The notes: generated by a model not told the origin, from the letters alone. DNA of 64,000 bases from Neodothiora populina (GCF_041146345.1 NW_027191411.1:1-64000), one strand, 5' to 3'. Positions 34,616 through 48,299 are shown, numbered from the stretch's first letter. Numbers and translations: made by a program.

Positions 34616-36037
34616 GGTCGGTAAATCTCAGCTCTGCAGGCTCCGGCAGACGGACTGTTATTATTGCTCGATGCCCGGCTGGTTCTTACTGCGAAGGCGA
34701 ATGACCTTTATCCGTACGAGCTTGCTAGGATTACTTATACAGTTCGCAGATGACCAAGGGATGTTTGTACATAAATGTATACCACTACGGATCCGTTGAG
34801 ATCACATCATTCGCACTCAAGAAAACCAAGCTATCGGTATTGATTGTCCAGACCCGCCTAGATACGCAAGGGTGGAGCTATCTCGCTATTCCTGCAATAG
34901 CGACTGGTCGACGTGCTATGTAACGTCGATCGCGCCATAACAGTTCTATGCACCTCAGCGTCATCTGTTATCTTCGAAAACATGCGTCGTCCCAGTACAT
35001 ATCGCGGGTTATCCATACAAGGACATAAAGTTCTGTATAGTCAAGAATCAGCCTTCCGGTCAAACTCAACTTTACTCCAAATCTGTGGCAAACAATTGTC
35101 GGCGTTGCTGTAACACTGCACTGCTCTGTTCGATACTCGTTGGTTGTTTTGCAGACGAGATTTTTTATCCCACCTTGCTGAGCGCATCTGGCCCTTTGAC
35201 CATAGTGCTGGGATTTTTAATTTTGTCCAGCAACCGTGAAGCATACGGCCCCATGGGACATGCCGAATACAGGGAATCATGCGTCGATTTCACGACAGAT
35301 ATTTTCGCGATCAATTGCGATCCTGGGCTTGCATTTCATTTATTCTGCTTGGAAAACATGTTATATCTCCTGATATATTGAAGTCCAACTTAGTCTCCAG
35401 GTTCGTCATTCTGGAAGTGGCGCAAAGCAGATCAACCCAGCGATATCCGCGTTGCGTGCTTTGGATATATCGCACATCATACGTTGAGTACTATGGGCTG
35501 CATCAACGTTATTTGGAGTGGGGTATGCTCACGAAGCTGTGCTGGGTTAATAATTTATAAGGGGAGCCATCTCCTTGCACCTTTATTGACCCAATCGTAC
35601 TGCGCACTCTGCCATTATTCTGAGGGCAGTTTTGTAACCGTGCTAGAACCTCATCTGAAGCGCAGGATTTGCATGAGACTCTTTTCCTGGGTCAATACGC
35701 ATATGATGCTCTTCAAATAGTGAAACACTACACACTAACATCAACGAAGCTTCATTTATCGGTGGCTACTTTAGTTACCGGAAGGTCGCTGTCAAGATGA
35801 GACGGCCTTCACTGTATCTTCTTGTTCAAGAGGTGAATAGTATGGCTTTTCTGAAGGTAACATGATCATTGCTCACGCACCACTTCCTGATAAGCGGCAT
35901 GGTGTAAGTGCAAAGTCGCAAGGAAAGAGAACGAATGAAGCATAACAAAGGAAGGAGATTCGTGTCCACGATAAACTAGGACTAAAGTGCTTTTTTACAG
36001 AGAACGTATACAATAAATCATGACATGTCCTCGCCAT

Positions 36038-37773
36038 TCATGTTGCAGACGTTGGGCAACGAGCGAAGATAGTGTTAACGCACGTATCGCGCTTGATGAC
36101 TTGCGCTTGCACCTCTGCCTTGCGAGACTTGAGACGGAAGAGGCGGCTAGGACTGATAGGATCCGGGCAGAGACCCCTCTGTACGCAATATCCTTCGGTG
36201 GGGCCTCCACAGCAAGTGTCGAATGCGCAGAAGTGGCCGCTATCACAGTCTCCATCTTTCTGACATATCTCTCCGCAATGTCCATCACCCCCGTACCATG
36301 TTCCAAATCTTCCATTGCTGTTTTTGAGACAAGCTTGAGAGGCATCTGTAGTGCACTGTTGGATGTCAAAGTTGCCGGAGGAACATGAGAATGGTTTGGA
36401 GCATGAACCGGACGGTGGGCACATCGGCTGTGCTGCTGTGATGTTGTAGAAGTACGACAAGGACGGAGTGAACTTACCACCACCTGGTGCATCGTCATAG
36501 CTAGCTTTGTTGACAGCGTACTGAACACCCCAGCCCGCTGTGTAAAGGGTGCACATCTGACCCTGGGGGAAAACGCCGGTACTGTTAGACTTGGTAAGGA
36601 GATACGACCCAAAGGCTGCGCAAATTGGAGCTGCCTCTCCATTCGTGGGGGGATTTGCAAGGTTGTAGGTAGTCTGAGCATCACATGCAGCTTTGCACAA
36701 TTGAGTGTCGTATGCCCCGCTTGTGTAGAGCTTAAAGCCCAGGTAGGTCCATGTGCCTTGACAATCTCGTAGAGGGGCATTCATGGTAACATCATTGAGT
36801 ACGAGAGGTTTATCAGCACCCTCAATAGGACCTCCAAGAGTCCTACTGGTATAGGAATTGGAGCCAGCAATGGCAAGTTGGAATTTCGACTGCCACTGGC
36901 CATAGTTGGTGGCAGTTTTGTCCTCGAGGAAACTTCCCCAGAAAGAGCACTGTCCATCAGTCAGAAAGTGGTGCCCAAAGTGGGAAGGGGTTTGTATATT
37001 ACCTTGATATTCGCAAATGGTGTGGGATCGTCGCATTTTCCGTGTATGGAGGGCTCGAGAGTGGGAGCGCGCTCGAAATAAATATTGAAACCAAGACATC
37101 CAGCTTTCTTTGTGCATTTGTCGGCGCAAGTCTGGACATCATAGGTCTTCACCTGGGCATAGCCGAGGTAGCCATAAGCAGATTGGGCGCCCTATGCACG
37201 GTTAGTGCTTGCCCCTCAATCCCTGGATTGGACGCAACGGACCAGTAGACTTTTTGAGTTCTGATAGTAGCCAGAGGGGGTAGGAGCAGCTATTGCAACA
37301 CTGGCGATCTTTTGATCAGCCTTGAAGTTTTGGTAGCTGGACACATCCACCCCATATGAGTCGGAGAATGTAGCCTGGGGAGCGCAAGCAGTTCTCTTCG
37401 CGAGATCACGCTTCCCAACGGCGGTTGGTGTCGCAGTCGAATCAGTTGATGTAGCATCAGCCTGACCGGCAGCATTGATTGCCACATCAGTTGCTGCAGG
37501 GTACACTGTGAGAGGCGATTCGGTTATTGAAGCTGCAGCTTCGCTGATTGCGGAGGCAGTGGCATATTCTATGTCTTGTGCGGCCAACCCAAGAATTTCA
37601 GTGAACGTTGGCTCAGGGATAGCGGCAATTGACTCGAAGTCAAGAGCTTCCGCAGGGGCGTCCGGAATAGTAGTTTCGATGCTGAAGGTGGATGCGGTGA
37701 TGGTGGGCGTAACGATCCCATCTTGGGCTTGAGCAACAGCTGCAATAGCAGCCAAAGCAAATGAGTAGCGCAT
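36038..37773 (-). CDS. Secreted protein with PAN/Apple-like modules and a C-terminal Cys-rich domain (3 exons)
   Basis: Signal peptide MRYSFALAAIAAVAQA, an acidic Thr/Ala pro-region ending GKRDLAKR, YDVQTCADKCTKKAGCLGFNIYFER and YDTQLCKAAC...CAAFGSY modules, and a Cys-rich tail. Confidence 0.75.
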
Positions 37774-40322
37774 CTTGCTCTTTCGAAATATAGACAGACT
37801 GAAGAAGTAACCTGAAGAGATGGTGAGATGATCCTGTACAAGCAGAACTACTGCTGGCTACTTATACGTCGATTGGACGATCTTGTAAGAACATCCATCA
37901 AACGCCTGTCAATACGCATGAACCTGGTGACAGACAGCCACGTTCACTCAGCCGCAGCCTTGTGATAGCAACATGACCGCCACACGATCTAGGTCCATGG
38001 CAAGTCCATATCCACGAGAACTTTCGAACGTACGAGCGGAATTCTAGGGTGCCATTGGTTAGCAGGTGGTGCTCCACGTCCACGATTAACCGTCCATCGC
38101 CAAGTCCTCAAACCACAGCCTTATCATGGTACTATGTAGGTCAGTGCCTTTCAGCTATTACTCGAAACTTGCAGCTGGTCCTCGGGAGCTTCTAGATCAA
38201 AGAGGTTATTTGTTCTTGCATGCCCGAAACTCACATCAGCATTTTGAGTTAAGAGCGTTTCGCGTCATGCAAGTTCCGAAGAACGCCAGCCATCTGGATT
38301 TACTTTTGCATGTCTTGAACGTGTCCTCCCCGCCACGTGTACCGTGGCAGCGTTGGAAATGTTCTACGAAAGCGGGCCACGAAGGTGCGCACTGGTGTAG
38401 CGGATATGGCCCGTGCGATGCACGCATGGTCTTCACGCGGCTACATGTTATGTTGCTGAAAGGAGATGATGCGACATCTGAATTAGGATCATCTACCTTA
38501 AGTATCCTACAGACTCTCGTCGACATGACTATCTGAGAGCTGCTCCACAACTTAATCGACTATCTCATGGCACTTCATGAACATTGTTACCACGAAGAGA
38601 AGGAATCGAGGGCCAGCCTCAAGTGGGAACCAAACGGAAGTCTCCTGAGACACTCGACACTCTAATTTGGTATGGGTAATGGTCTTGGCGCGTGCTTCCC
38701 AACCTTTACGAGCTTTCTGACATGCCAAGTGCGCCAAAACAGAACACCTTCATTCAATAGAGGAGGAATAGTATAGACTTTGACCGAATTCGGACAATTG
38801 ATGGAGAAATACTGCAAGGCAGTGCAGGGGTTCAGAGGGCTGTACAGTAGAAATAGTCGAAGTTCAATCCTCGCTTCTCAAAATGGCTCTCGACTCCAGA
38901 CTCTGAGCTGAAAGTTCTTAGCTTATGGGTGGTCTTTCAACCGGGGGAAACACTGCATGGCAAGATCGATGGTGTTGCTCTATGAGACCATCGTATGTTA
39001 CCAAGCCACAAAAGATAGTTGAGTAAGATCAAGTGCTATTAACGGTTGCATACCCCGGGATCTGAAACGGTTTTCGAACGTCGACACGTGCGATCGCACG
39101 CTCGTTGCGGACTCCATGTGCTCAGCCAGTGGGCAGTCAATTGTCTTGCCACGAGACAAATCCATGGGGACGGTCTATCCATACACCTGTGCTTCACGCT
39201 TTGTTTGGGTCACGATCGCGTAGGTCACGAAGTACCGAACGCATACGGACTGTGCCTGGATGCGCGCGCTATTTTCAGCTTGACAGATCTGGACAAGGTG
39301 ACGCCACAAAGTGTACACGCTTAGCACTTAGCAAAGATTTAAGGTTTGGCTTCTACAATTCCCGTTCTGACCAAAAATCCACCCAGCCTCGTGCTGGTAG
39401 AGACGCGGTCTTATCTGCTTGTATGGGGCTGGCATATACTGTCATATGCGCTGCCAAGAAGGATATTTACCGTCAAAACTGTCCAAGGACCGCAACATCT
39501 TGCCGAGATAGATGAGACGCTGCTAATTGCATCTCCCTCGCGTGGTGAATGACAATGCTATAGAAACAAAATGACAGAAGATTATCAAATATCTGGTTTC
39601 GAAGATGATCGTCATTGCTGAGTGTCAAGATAGAGAATTCCAGCTCGTTTGATATTGCAGGATCAAGATGACGCGACATTCAGATATGCAATTGGTGCAA
39701 ACGAGCATTGTCGCGATAAGGAGAGGTGCCAGCAGCATACGTGTGGATCAAGCGGTGTATAGCACGAATCGTACGCGTATCCAGATCAAAGGTTCTCGAA
39801 GGAAATGTCTTCGCCATTGTGGTTTAGAGCGCGAAACAGATACACGAGAGACGCGACATAGGACTGTCTCATAGTGGCGTTCTTCCCGTAAGCCACGGAA
39901 CAAGCCTGGGCAAAAGGACAGAAAATCGTCGAACCTAATAATTACTCCCATTACAACCTCAAGCCACAGACCATAAGGCTCGAGGAAAAAAGGGTCCTTT
40001 CGGCGACGGCTGTCAGTTCAAATGAGGGTCTGGCTTTACAGCCAGTGGCATCCAAAGTCGCCGTAGGTGGAGAAACCATCACGGACCACCATGTAGACTG
40101 GAGGACCGTCAAAGCTGCACAGAAGTGATGGAGCCAAAGCTGTGATATACATCAGATGTCGAATGAGAAGAGACTAGTGTACTGATTCTCTTTTCTGGAA
40201 AAGAGATTTCCGTTCAGGAATGCCACACATTCAGTATACTTTACGTATTCGTTGAGTTTCTACTATGCATCATCTTATGGCCCGACTAATACATGTACAT
40301 CTATACACAGGTTTCCCACGAC

Positions 40323-42060
40323 TTAGACGGTATAACGGAAGAAGCTGGCGTTGTCTCCACGATCTCTTTCCGCAAGCTTTTCCGCGGTCGAGTATGCCTC
40401 CGGCGCCTTTTGCTCGCGATCTCTCCTTGCGTTCTCACGACGAGGTAGATCGTCATGAAGATCTGCAGGCAAAGACTCATTGCAATTATGCCAATGAGAA
40501 TGCAGTGGCCCTGAAGGTAACGAGGCCCCGTCTTTGAGAGGTAGACAAAGGATACGAGCACACCTCCATTATTACCAAAGCCAATATGCGTCGCGATGCC
40601 AACTCCACGCTTAGTCGAGCCTCCGATGTTGTTGCCATTCCACGCCACGGCCTGCGGTACGTTCGGATAAATGCCGCTAGCGAAAAAGAATGTGCCCGTA
40701 TACTTGACATGTGGGTTTTCAGAAGCCACAAACATGATGAGACCAGCGAGCGCCACCAGAGAAAATCCAATGACAAAGACACCTCTTGTCTGCAGTCTGT
40801 CTGCTAAATATCCTCCGGTAATGCAACAGAAGCATGCGACTATGTACGGAGGAACCGACATGAGCTGAGCGGTCTCGTTGGTATAGCCAAGTGTCTTGAC
40901 AATAGTTGGTAAGAACAACGAAAAGCTGTACAAGGGCGTGAGGATTCTTCAAGCCTGGTTAGCAGGCTGTGGTATGACAGTCAAGCACTGCGAGGTTTAT
41001 GAACTTACCCTAGATTTAGGAACATATGTACCCAAATTTTCCAGTCTTTCAAGGCGTGGTAGAAGTACTTTATGTCGAACTCATCGGTAAGAGAGCTTCG
41101 ATCATGCTCTAGCCGTCGAGAAACCTCGTTCTTTTCTGCCTCGGTTAGGAATTTTGCGGTACCGGGGGAATCGTGCATGTAGAAGAATGCAACAATCGCT
41201 AAGAGCCAGATTAGTTGGACGATTGGTCTACAAAGTTCACGGGTCATCCTTACCAACAACGAATGTCAAAAGACCTTCAATAATGAAAATCCATTGCCAG
41301 CCACGAAGGCCGCCAAGTTTGTCCATTTCAACAATACCGCGGGCGGGAAGACCACCAGACGAACCTGCGGCTGCAGCGGCGGAAAAGAAGATTGCCATGC
41401 GCAAGCCACATTGATGGCGACGGTACCTGCGGAAATCAGCACTTGCAAAGGAAGTTCTGTTGAGTTCACCAAATGCTTACCACATGGTGATGCTACAGGA
41501 ACGTTAGCATATCCTCTATTCTGTGAAGGATGCGTTGACTTACTAATAGTTCACACCAGGGAACAGGCCACCTTCCGCGATAACAAGAGCAGCACGGGAG
41601 ATCAGCAGTCCCGTATAGTTTTGTACAATACCCATCAGTGTACATGTAATTGCCCAAGCCACCATGATGGTAGGGATCCAGATTGAGGGTCTGGTTTTCT
41701 TCATCATCAGATTTGATGGGATCTCTGCCGCAACATAGAAGGGAAAGAAAATGGCAAGGGCGACCTAATGTCATGTAAGCAGGCCGGTATCAGTTCCTCG
41801 GCTTGCGATATGCTCACATTGTAATCCAATCCTTCCATCCCAAGGTGCTTCTCTAGATCTGCAAGTCTAGCATTGCCTATGTTTGTGCGGTCCAGAAAGC
41901 TGAGCAAGTAGAGGAGAGAAAGGAAGGGTAGTAGAACCCAGTCGATCTTCCGAATCAGTCGCTTAGTAGCCTTAGCATCGAAGTGAGTAGTGTCCGAGCT
42001 ATCTGACGAGATGGACTCGACCAATTCCGCTGTAATCTTCTCCTGTTTAGGTTCCGCCAT
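40323..42060 (-). pseudogene. MFS ACS-family (Tna1-like) transporter with a C-terminal frameshift; possibly decaying
   Basis: LIRKIDW.LLP, SFLDRTNIGNARL, GWQWIFIIEGL and NNIGGSTKRG are present. The family-typical tail RRENARRD...GDNASFFRYTV* is in a different frame from MTIYL (1-nt deletion near 40443). Confidence 0.72.
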
Positions 42061-44637
42061 ATTCAATTGTGCCGACCTTGCGTGCTGACTGAAATTCTGT
42101 TGTCTATCTCAATCAAGGCATAGCACCTCCTATACGCTGAGCCTATTCAAACGGCGAGAACATCGGGTCCAGTTCTCCGCAGCCGGCCAAGACCTGGGCA
42201 GAGCATGGCGCACGTTGTTCTTCGGATTGGCCGAGCACTGTCTCCTTGAATGACCTGTATCAAACCCAATGGATCTAATGCAGACGGGTAAGTGCATGTG
42301 CTGTAGTACGGAAGGAGCCAGCACGGGAAAATAAGGTATTTTTGTACATGTAAGTGACACTGTTCATCTGTCAGCACAAATGGATTTCGATGTCGACGTT
42401 TTGTCTTGGCATTCCCCTCGACACTGTGGGCTCCTTTTCGACCATGTCTTCGATGTGGTGTCTCCATCAAGGCACACCTATATCAGGCTGGTATACTTGT
42501 CGTAGGGTTCTTTTCGCCCTGGTTTTGGAACTGGTGTCCAGTCAAGCACTACCTTGGCACAAATTCGTGGAATTTATAGGAACACTACCTACCCTAGCGG
42601 CGGATTTGTCCCTGAGATAAATGCCTTTGCATGCTGGAACTGCTACTACTGCTACAATACCAACAACATGATAAAGCAGACGATGTGGTTCCTGTGTGGC
42701 TTTTACCAATGCTAGTCCTATTGTAAGTGTGCTCGACGAGATGAGAAGCAGGTACACTTGTCACCTGATTGATTTCTGGACTGTACGCAGTATCACATGG
42801 CATTTAGCAATGTTTCAGACAACGGCGGAGTTGGAATCGGCTTTCGCTTTCGGCTGTGATTTATGCGCAATCCGGTTTTCCAAGTCAGAGAAATCTCGAA
42901 CTTCCACTATCTCCATAGTAGTCCAATGCTTCCGGATAGAGTGACGTTGTACGGCTTAGCTTGATGAAGAGACAGTAAATGTCCTTCAGTATGATATTCA
43001 CGATCACTCCGTTGCCTGGAGCAGCTAGCTTGTTAAGTCTCAAGGTGTTCAACATCTGACTTTGAGTGAGATCTCGGGTCTAGTGGCCGTTTCTGGTAAG
43101 GAAAAAAAGGTTTGCTAACAATGGACATCTCATACGCAGAGAGATAAACGCGGTTCCCCGTGTTAGAATGTGTTCACATTATAGGAGCGTCCAAAACCTC
43201 GCCTGTTCCGGACAAAGCATACACGCAGTACAATTGTCCATCCTAAGAGGTGCAAGCGGCTCGCTGAATAACGGGAAACCCTGAGGCGATGTATTTGCGC
43301 GCGCGAATAAATTTGCAGATCCACATGCTGAAAGAGATCTTCAATGAAGCGGCGAAAACAAAGTAAGTTCTCAGGCATAGGACATAGTTGATGAGGCGAT
43401 CATTTCCGTGCTGATATCACACAATGACAGAAGGGCTACAATAGGCTTCTGGCCAGAACCAGTAGAAGTTGACCAGACCTGGAAGGTACCTAGGTAGGCA
43501 GATTTGAGCGACATTTGTGCCCCACGATCAACGCCGTCATTAGCATGCGGAAGATATCCACATATTCTCCTCTGCCGACAGAAATTTCAACACAGTTTCT
43601 TAGGTTCCATACACAGGGCTGCTTTGTTGATCTGATGGACACGAGGGATCGCTGTCGGGAAGTCCCTTGCCCCAGACCGTCCGTGAATGGTCGAGCTGAA
43701 CAAGATTACCTTGTGCAATGGCCACAAGGGGATCCATCCAATTACGGTCTTTGTAGGCTGTCTCTGTCATCGAGAAGACCCGAGTCGGGATATCCACGTG
43801 GGACGCGAGGCAGCCCACCCATAGGGGGTACACATGCTGCAGGTCCTCTGCATCGCCGTGCACGCATGTGGGAAGGCACGATAGGACGAATCGCCGCAAA
43901 GTAAAGGCTCTGGAAGCATGAGATTTGGATCGATTCGCAAACCTTAATCACAAACATTTGGTTTATGCTGTGAGTCGAAGGAGGCTTGCGAGAACTACCG
44001 ACGAGATGATGCGATTTTGGCAACTGTAATTGATTTTGATGGGATGGACGGAACGAAAGATGGACACAGCGATTGTCCGATCGCAGCTTAGGGCTCAGGA
44101 CTGAACCGAGCTTTCCGTTCTGGATCTTTTCCGCCCTGATGTCTCCCACCATATTTTCCCAAAGCCCTAGCACAGCCCTAGAATAGACTTCAGAAAATCC
44201 TGTTATGAACCGTAGAATGTCTCCTGTACCTGACATGGCGGAATTAATCAGGTCCAGCAAAGCGACATGGGCATCATAGAACGTGGCCGCCACACCTTAA
44301 TCCACAAAGACAAGACTCGAGCACGTCGAGTCGACCGGTGACAGTGTCTTTTCGGGTTCTGTCTCCACGAGGTCGAAGCCGTTCTTAGATGGCTACAAGG
44401 CAAATAGGAAGTCTGCAGAGTGTGGAATAAGCTTCACCGTGTCGAGTCTGTTCGTATTCAGAATCTGCCGTTGAACAAAGTTTGAACATAGTAGTAAGGC
44501 ACCCGGCACGATATATATCAAAGCATCTCTGGGCAGTATAAGTATGATGTGTAGAACCACCATTATGTTCTACACCTCCTCAGCATTCAGCAACAAGCAC
44601 TTCCCGCCCTCTCCTTCACACTAGACAGACTCTCAAG

Positions 44638-46017
44638 ATGCGTCTCGGTGCCGCTGTCTGCGCACTCGCCCTTGCTGGCAGCTCTGTCGCAGCTCCTACC
44701 GCCAACCCCGACCTTCTTTCTTCTATCTTCGGAAAGATCACCAATGACTTGAACTCACTGTTGAGCTCTCTTGGCGTGGCACTGCAGACCAACGCTGCAT
44801 CCAAGCACGGTCCCACGCTTGCTTACCACGACCTCTGCCCCTTTGACATCAAGGCGGTCAGTGTAAGCCTTCAGCGATTCGCCCACGACATTGTCTGGCC
44901 CAAGGGTGTTAACGGAGGCAACTTCATCAATTGGAAGACCTTCAAGGCCAACGGTGCTAACCTCGGCGGCTGGCTGGAGAAGGAGAAGACTCACGACCCC
45001 ATCTGGTGGAGCTCGGTCGGTGGTGACAGCGTGATTGACGAGTGGTCTCTTTGCCAGCTACTCGGCTCCAAGTGCGGTCCCATCTTTGAGGAACGCTACG
45101 GGTCCTTCCTCAACTTCTCCACCATTGACCAGCTTGCAAGCGTTGGTGTCAATACCCTCCGTATCCCCACCACCTACGCTGCCTGGATTAACTTCCCCGG
45201 CTCCCAGCTCTACCACGGTAACCAGCAGGCTTGGCTCAAGAAGATCACCGACTATGCCATCACCAAGTACAACATGCACTGTATCATCGGTCTCCACTCC
45301 CTGCCCGGTGGTGTGAACTCCCTGGATATCGGCGAGGCTTTCGGACACGATGAGTGGTTTTTCAACAGCACCAATCTCGACTACTCCTTCCAGGCCATCG
45401 ACGGCGTGCTCAACTTCATCAAGAACTCTGGCAAGAAGAACGCCTTCACCATCGCCCCCATCAACGAGGCGTCTGACACCCATCTCGCTGGCTTTGGCAC
45501 CGACGCCGGTCTCACCACCAACGGTACCAACTGGGTCAACACGTACATGTACGGCGTGCTGAAGAAGATCGCCAAGGTCGACTCGCGCATCCCCATGATG
45601 ATCCAGGACAACTTCAAGGGCGCCGCCTACTGGGTTCCCTTCTACGACACCTCGGCCAACATTGTCTTTGACAGCCACGTCTACTACTTCGCCGCCGCCG
45701 GCACTTATTCGCAGTACGTCAACCCGGCCGTGTGCGGACAGGCACAGTACATCGCGCAGGAGACCACCTTCCCCGTCTTCATCGGGGAGTGGTCTCTGCA
45801 GACCATGTACAACAACTCTCTCGCCGGCCGCAAGACCATTTTCGACACCCAGCGTTACGCATGGCAGAAGTATGTCTCCGGCGGCACCTTCTGGACTGCC
45901 GTTTCTTACTCCACAGCTGCCGTTGATGGAGAGGGCACTCAGCGCGAGTACTGGTCCTACATTGATCTGATCAACCAGGGAGTCATCACTACCCAGACCA
46001 ACTCTTCTTACTGCTAG
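44638..46017 (+). CDS. Secreted glycoside hydrolase family 5 beta-glucanase (exo-1,3 / endo-1,6 glucanase-like), intronless
   Basis: Signal peptide, GANLGGWL, GVNTLRIP, LHSLPGG, PINE (acid/base), DSHVY and IGEWS (nucleophile). Confidence 0.92.
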   Translation: MRLGAAVCALALAGSSVAAPTANPDLLSSIFGKITNDLNSLLSSLGVALQTNAASKHGPTLAYHDLCPFDIKAVSVSLQRFAHDIVWPKGVNGGNFINWKTFKANGANLGGWLEKEKTHDPIWWSSVGGDSVIDEWSLCQLLGSKCGPIFEERYGSFLNFSTIDQLASVGVNTLRIPTTYAAWINFPGSQLYHGNQQAWLKKITDYAITKYNMHCIIGLHSLPGGVNSLDIGEAFGHDEWFFNSTNLDYSFQAIDGVLNFIKNSGKKNAFTIAPINEASDTHLAGFGTDAGLTTNGTNWVNTYMYGVLKKIAKVDSRIPMMIQDNFKGAAYWVPFYDTSANIVFDSHVYYFAAAGTYSQYVNPAVCGQAQYIAQETTFPVFIGEWSLQTMYNNSLAGRKTIFDTQRYAWQKYVSGGTFWTAVSYSTAAVDGEGTQREYWSYIDLINQGVITTQTNSSYC

Positions 46018-47061
46018 ATCAGTTTTCAGTCTGTTTGTGCTTTGTTGTTGGATGGCTGATTGGCTTGTCCAGACCTGTAATTTAGTTGTAGATAAAATTC
46101 ACCTTCTAGAGATCTCGTTTCATAACAAAATCAATTCCTTTGCACAATTTACCTTCTTCGCCTTTCAGTAGTGAGCGCGTACCATGATCATCTTCATGCT
46201 CATCGCCTCTAAGACGTACAGTGGTATGTCCCACGAAGCTTTTTCCGTCGACTGTGCAATTTAAGTTTCTGATGGCAAGCATGTTTAGTCTGGACGTTAG
46301 GTAAGGCAGAGCAAGGTAAGAAAAGCGAGGCAAGCAGCCGTGCACCGAATTCAACGGAGCATGTCTCAAACCTTGATTTGGTTCTTTCCTTTTCTTTTTC
46401 GCTTCCTTTTGCTCCGATGCTGTACCTGTTCCTGACCGGTTCAGTTGCCTCGAACTATGTACAGGTAGGGTCTTCGGCCTTAGGGCACGGATATGCTCGA
46501 GGGGTTCGCCAAGTCGGAGTATTGGGGCTATTGTCCCTGCGAACAAGTACGAGTACGAAGAGAGATCTACGGTAATTACAGTACAACCGAAAGAAGCCAT
46601 CTGACTGTACTGAGTTCTGACACGATGCAATGTAAGAGGACGTGAGGACCAGTTCTGTAGACAGGTGATATCCTTAACATTCCGGCCTGAGAAACATCGT
46701 CATCTGGAGGTGTTCGGGAAGATGCAAAGAAAGATGAATCCAAAAGTCCTGATCCGGTACATAATGTGTGACTCGTGATTTGTACGTCTCAAGCACAAAC
46801 GAGAAAAACACAACATGTGTACGTGTGTGTCTGGGTGCGTGTGGTATTTACAGTTTGGATATCGTGCTGTGACCGGAAACAAAAAAGAAAAAGAAAAGAA
46901 GAAAGCAGGAAAAGAGAGAAGATACAAAAATCGAACATGCGGACCAAGAGAATAAGAATAGCACCCCATTTCTTATTCATTTCCAAGTCCAGCGTGCCAA
47001 CGAGATAGAGAGAGAGACCAGCTCTGCAGCGAAAGGACGAGATGAAAGTAATAAACGCCGA

Positions 47062-48184
47062 CTACCGGGTCTCTATGCCATTGTCAGCCATTCGCGAATC
47101 GCCGTCGCCGTCTCTCGAGGGAGCTTTGGACGGGGTGTGACGCTCGGGCTCTCTGCTCGAAGCGCCGTCCATCATGCTCATGTGACCGGCCCTGAGTTGA
47201 TTGATGGCGCGGACCGTGTCGATGGCCTTGTGTAGTGTCCTCCTGGCGTTGAAATTCTTCTTGACATTTGGCAACAGATCCTCGCCGCCCCTGCCGTCGG
47301 CGGGGCCTGCGATCCACTGGTGGCTCAGCGCCTCGTGTGCGGTCATGCGACTCTGCGGGTCGATGGTGAGACAACGCTTGATAAAGGCTCGGGCCTGCAG
47401 AGAAACGCCGCGCCAGTATTCGAGAGGAGTGAATGAGTAGTCGGCGACGAGGATTGCTTGCATTTCCTCGAGGTTGGATTCTCGATCGAAGGGGGTGTAG
47501 CCGCACAGGAGGAAGTAGGTGATGACGCCGATGGCCCACACGTCACTATGTTCGACGAGCGTCAGTATTTTGCGAGTGGAAAGCAGAAAAAGGATCATAC
47601 ACTGGCTTGCCGTGGCCGCTCTTCTTGAAGATCTCCGGGGCCATGTATCCAGGGGTGCCGCAGGTCGTGGTCAGGACGTGAAACTGCTCCTCATCCATGA
47701 TGCGCGAGAGCCCAAAGTCGGCGATCAGCAGGTCGGCATTGTCCTCGGGGGTGCGAAACAACAGATTCTCGGGCTTCAGGTCGCGATGGACGATGCCGTG
47801 GTCGTGGAGGTATGCGACGGCAGACAGAGTTGCTCTTATCAGGTCGGCGGCGTCGGACTCGTAGTAGGATCCCTTTCTGCAGATGCGGTCGAACAGCTCA
47901 CCGCCCAGAGCGAGGTCGGTGACGAGGTAGAGGTTGTTCATCGTCTCAAAGTAGTCGACGAGGGTCAGGATGTTCTGGTGGCCCATCGACACTCTTTTTA
48001 GCACGGCGATCTCGTTGCGCACCATGTGTTCCCTGCCGGCCATGAGCCTCTTGTTGATGACTTTGGCGGCATAGTAGCGACCCGTGTCGATGTGGACGCA
48101 TTCTTTGACGACCGAGTAGGAGCCCGCGCCGAGTGTTTTGCCCGTCTTGTATCTGCACGGCTGCACCTGGAGGTTGTTTGCCAT
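47062..48184 (-). CDS. cmkB: Calcium/calmodulin-dependent protein kinase CmkB-like (2 exons)
   Basis: VQPCRYKTGKTLGAGSYSVVKECVHIDTG..REHMVRNEIAVLK, HRDLKPEN, DFGLSRIMDEEQF, TTCGTPGYMAPE and KKNFNARRTLH. Confidence 0.93.
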
Positions 48185-48213
48185 TTTTGGCGTGTCTTTT
48201 GTCGCGACCGTGT

Positions 48214-48225
48214 AGACAGACAGAT

Positions 48226-48298
<73 letters not shown>

Positions 48299-48299
48299 G
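48214..48299. repeat. (AGAC)n microsatellite, about 21 units with 2 interruptions, just upstream of the cmkB ATG
   Basis: Read directly from the sequence. Confidence 0.97.

Noticed and set aside
38100..40200. Several short ORFs in a 2-kb gap
   Set aside because: No motifs, splice-consistent model or terminal repeats found
43163..44293. Overlapping minus-strand ORFs of 71-183 aa, possibly a gene relic
   Set aside because: No recognisable domain, so a call cannot be supported
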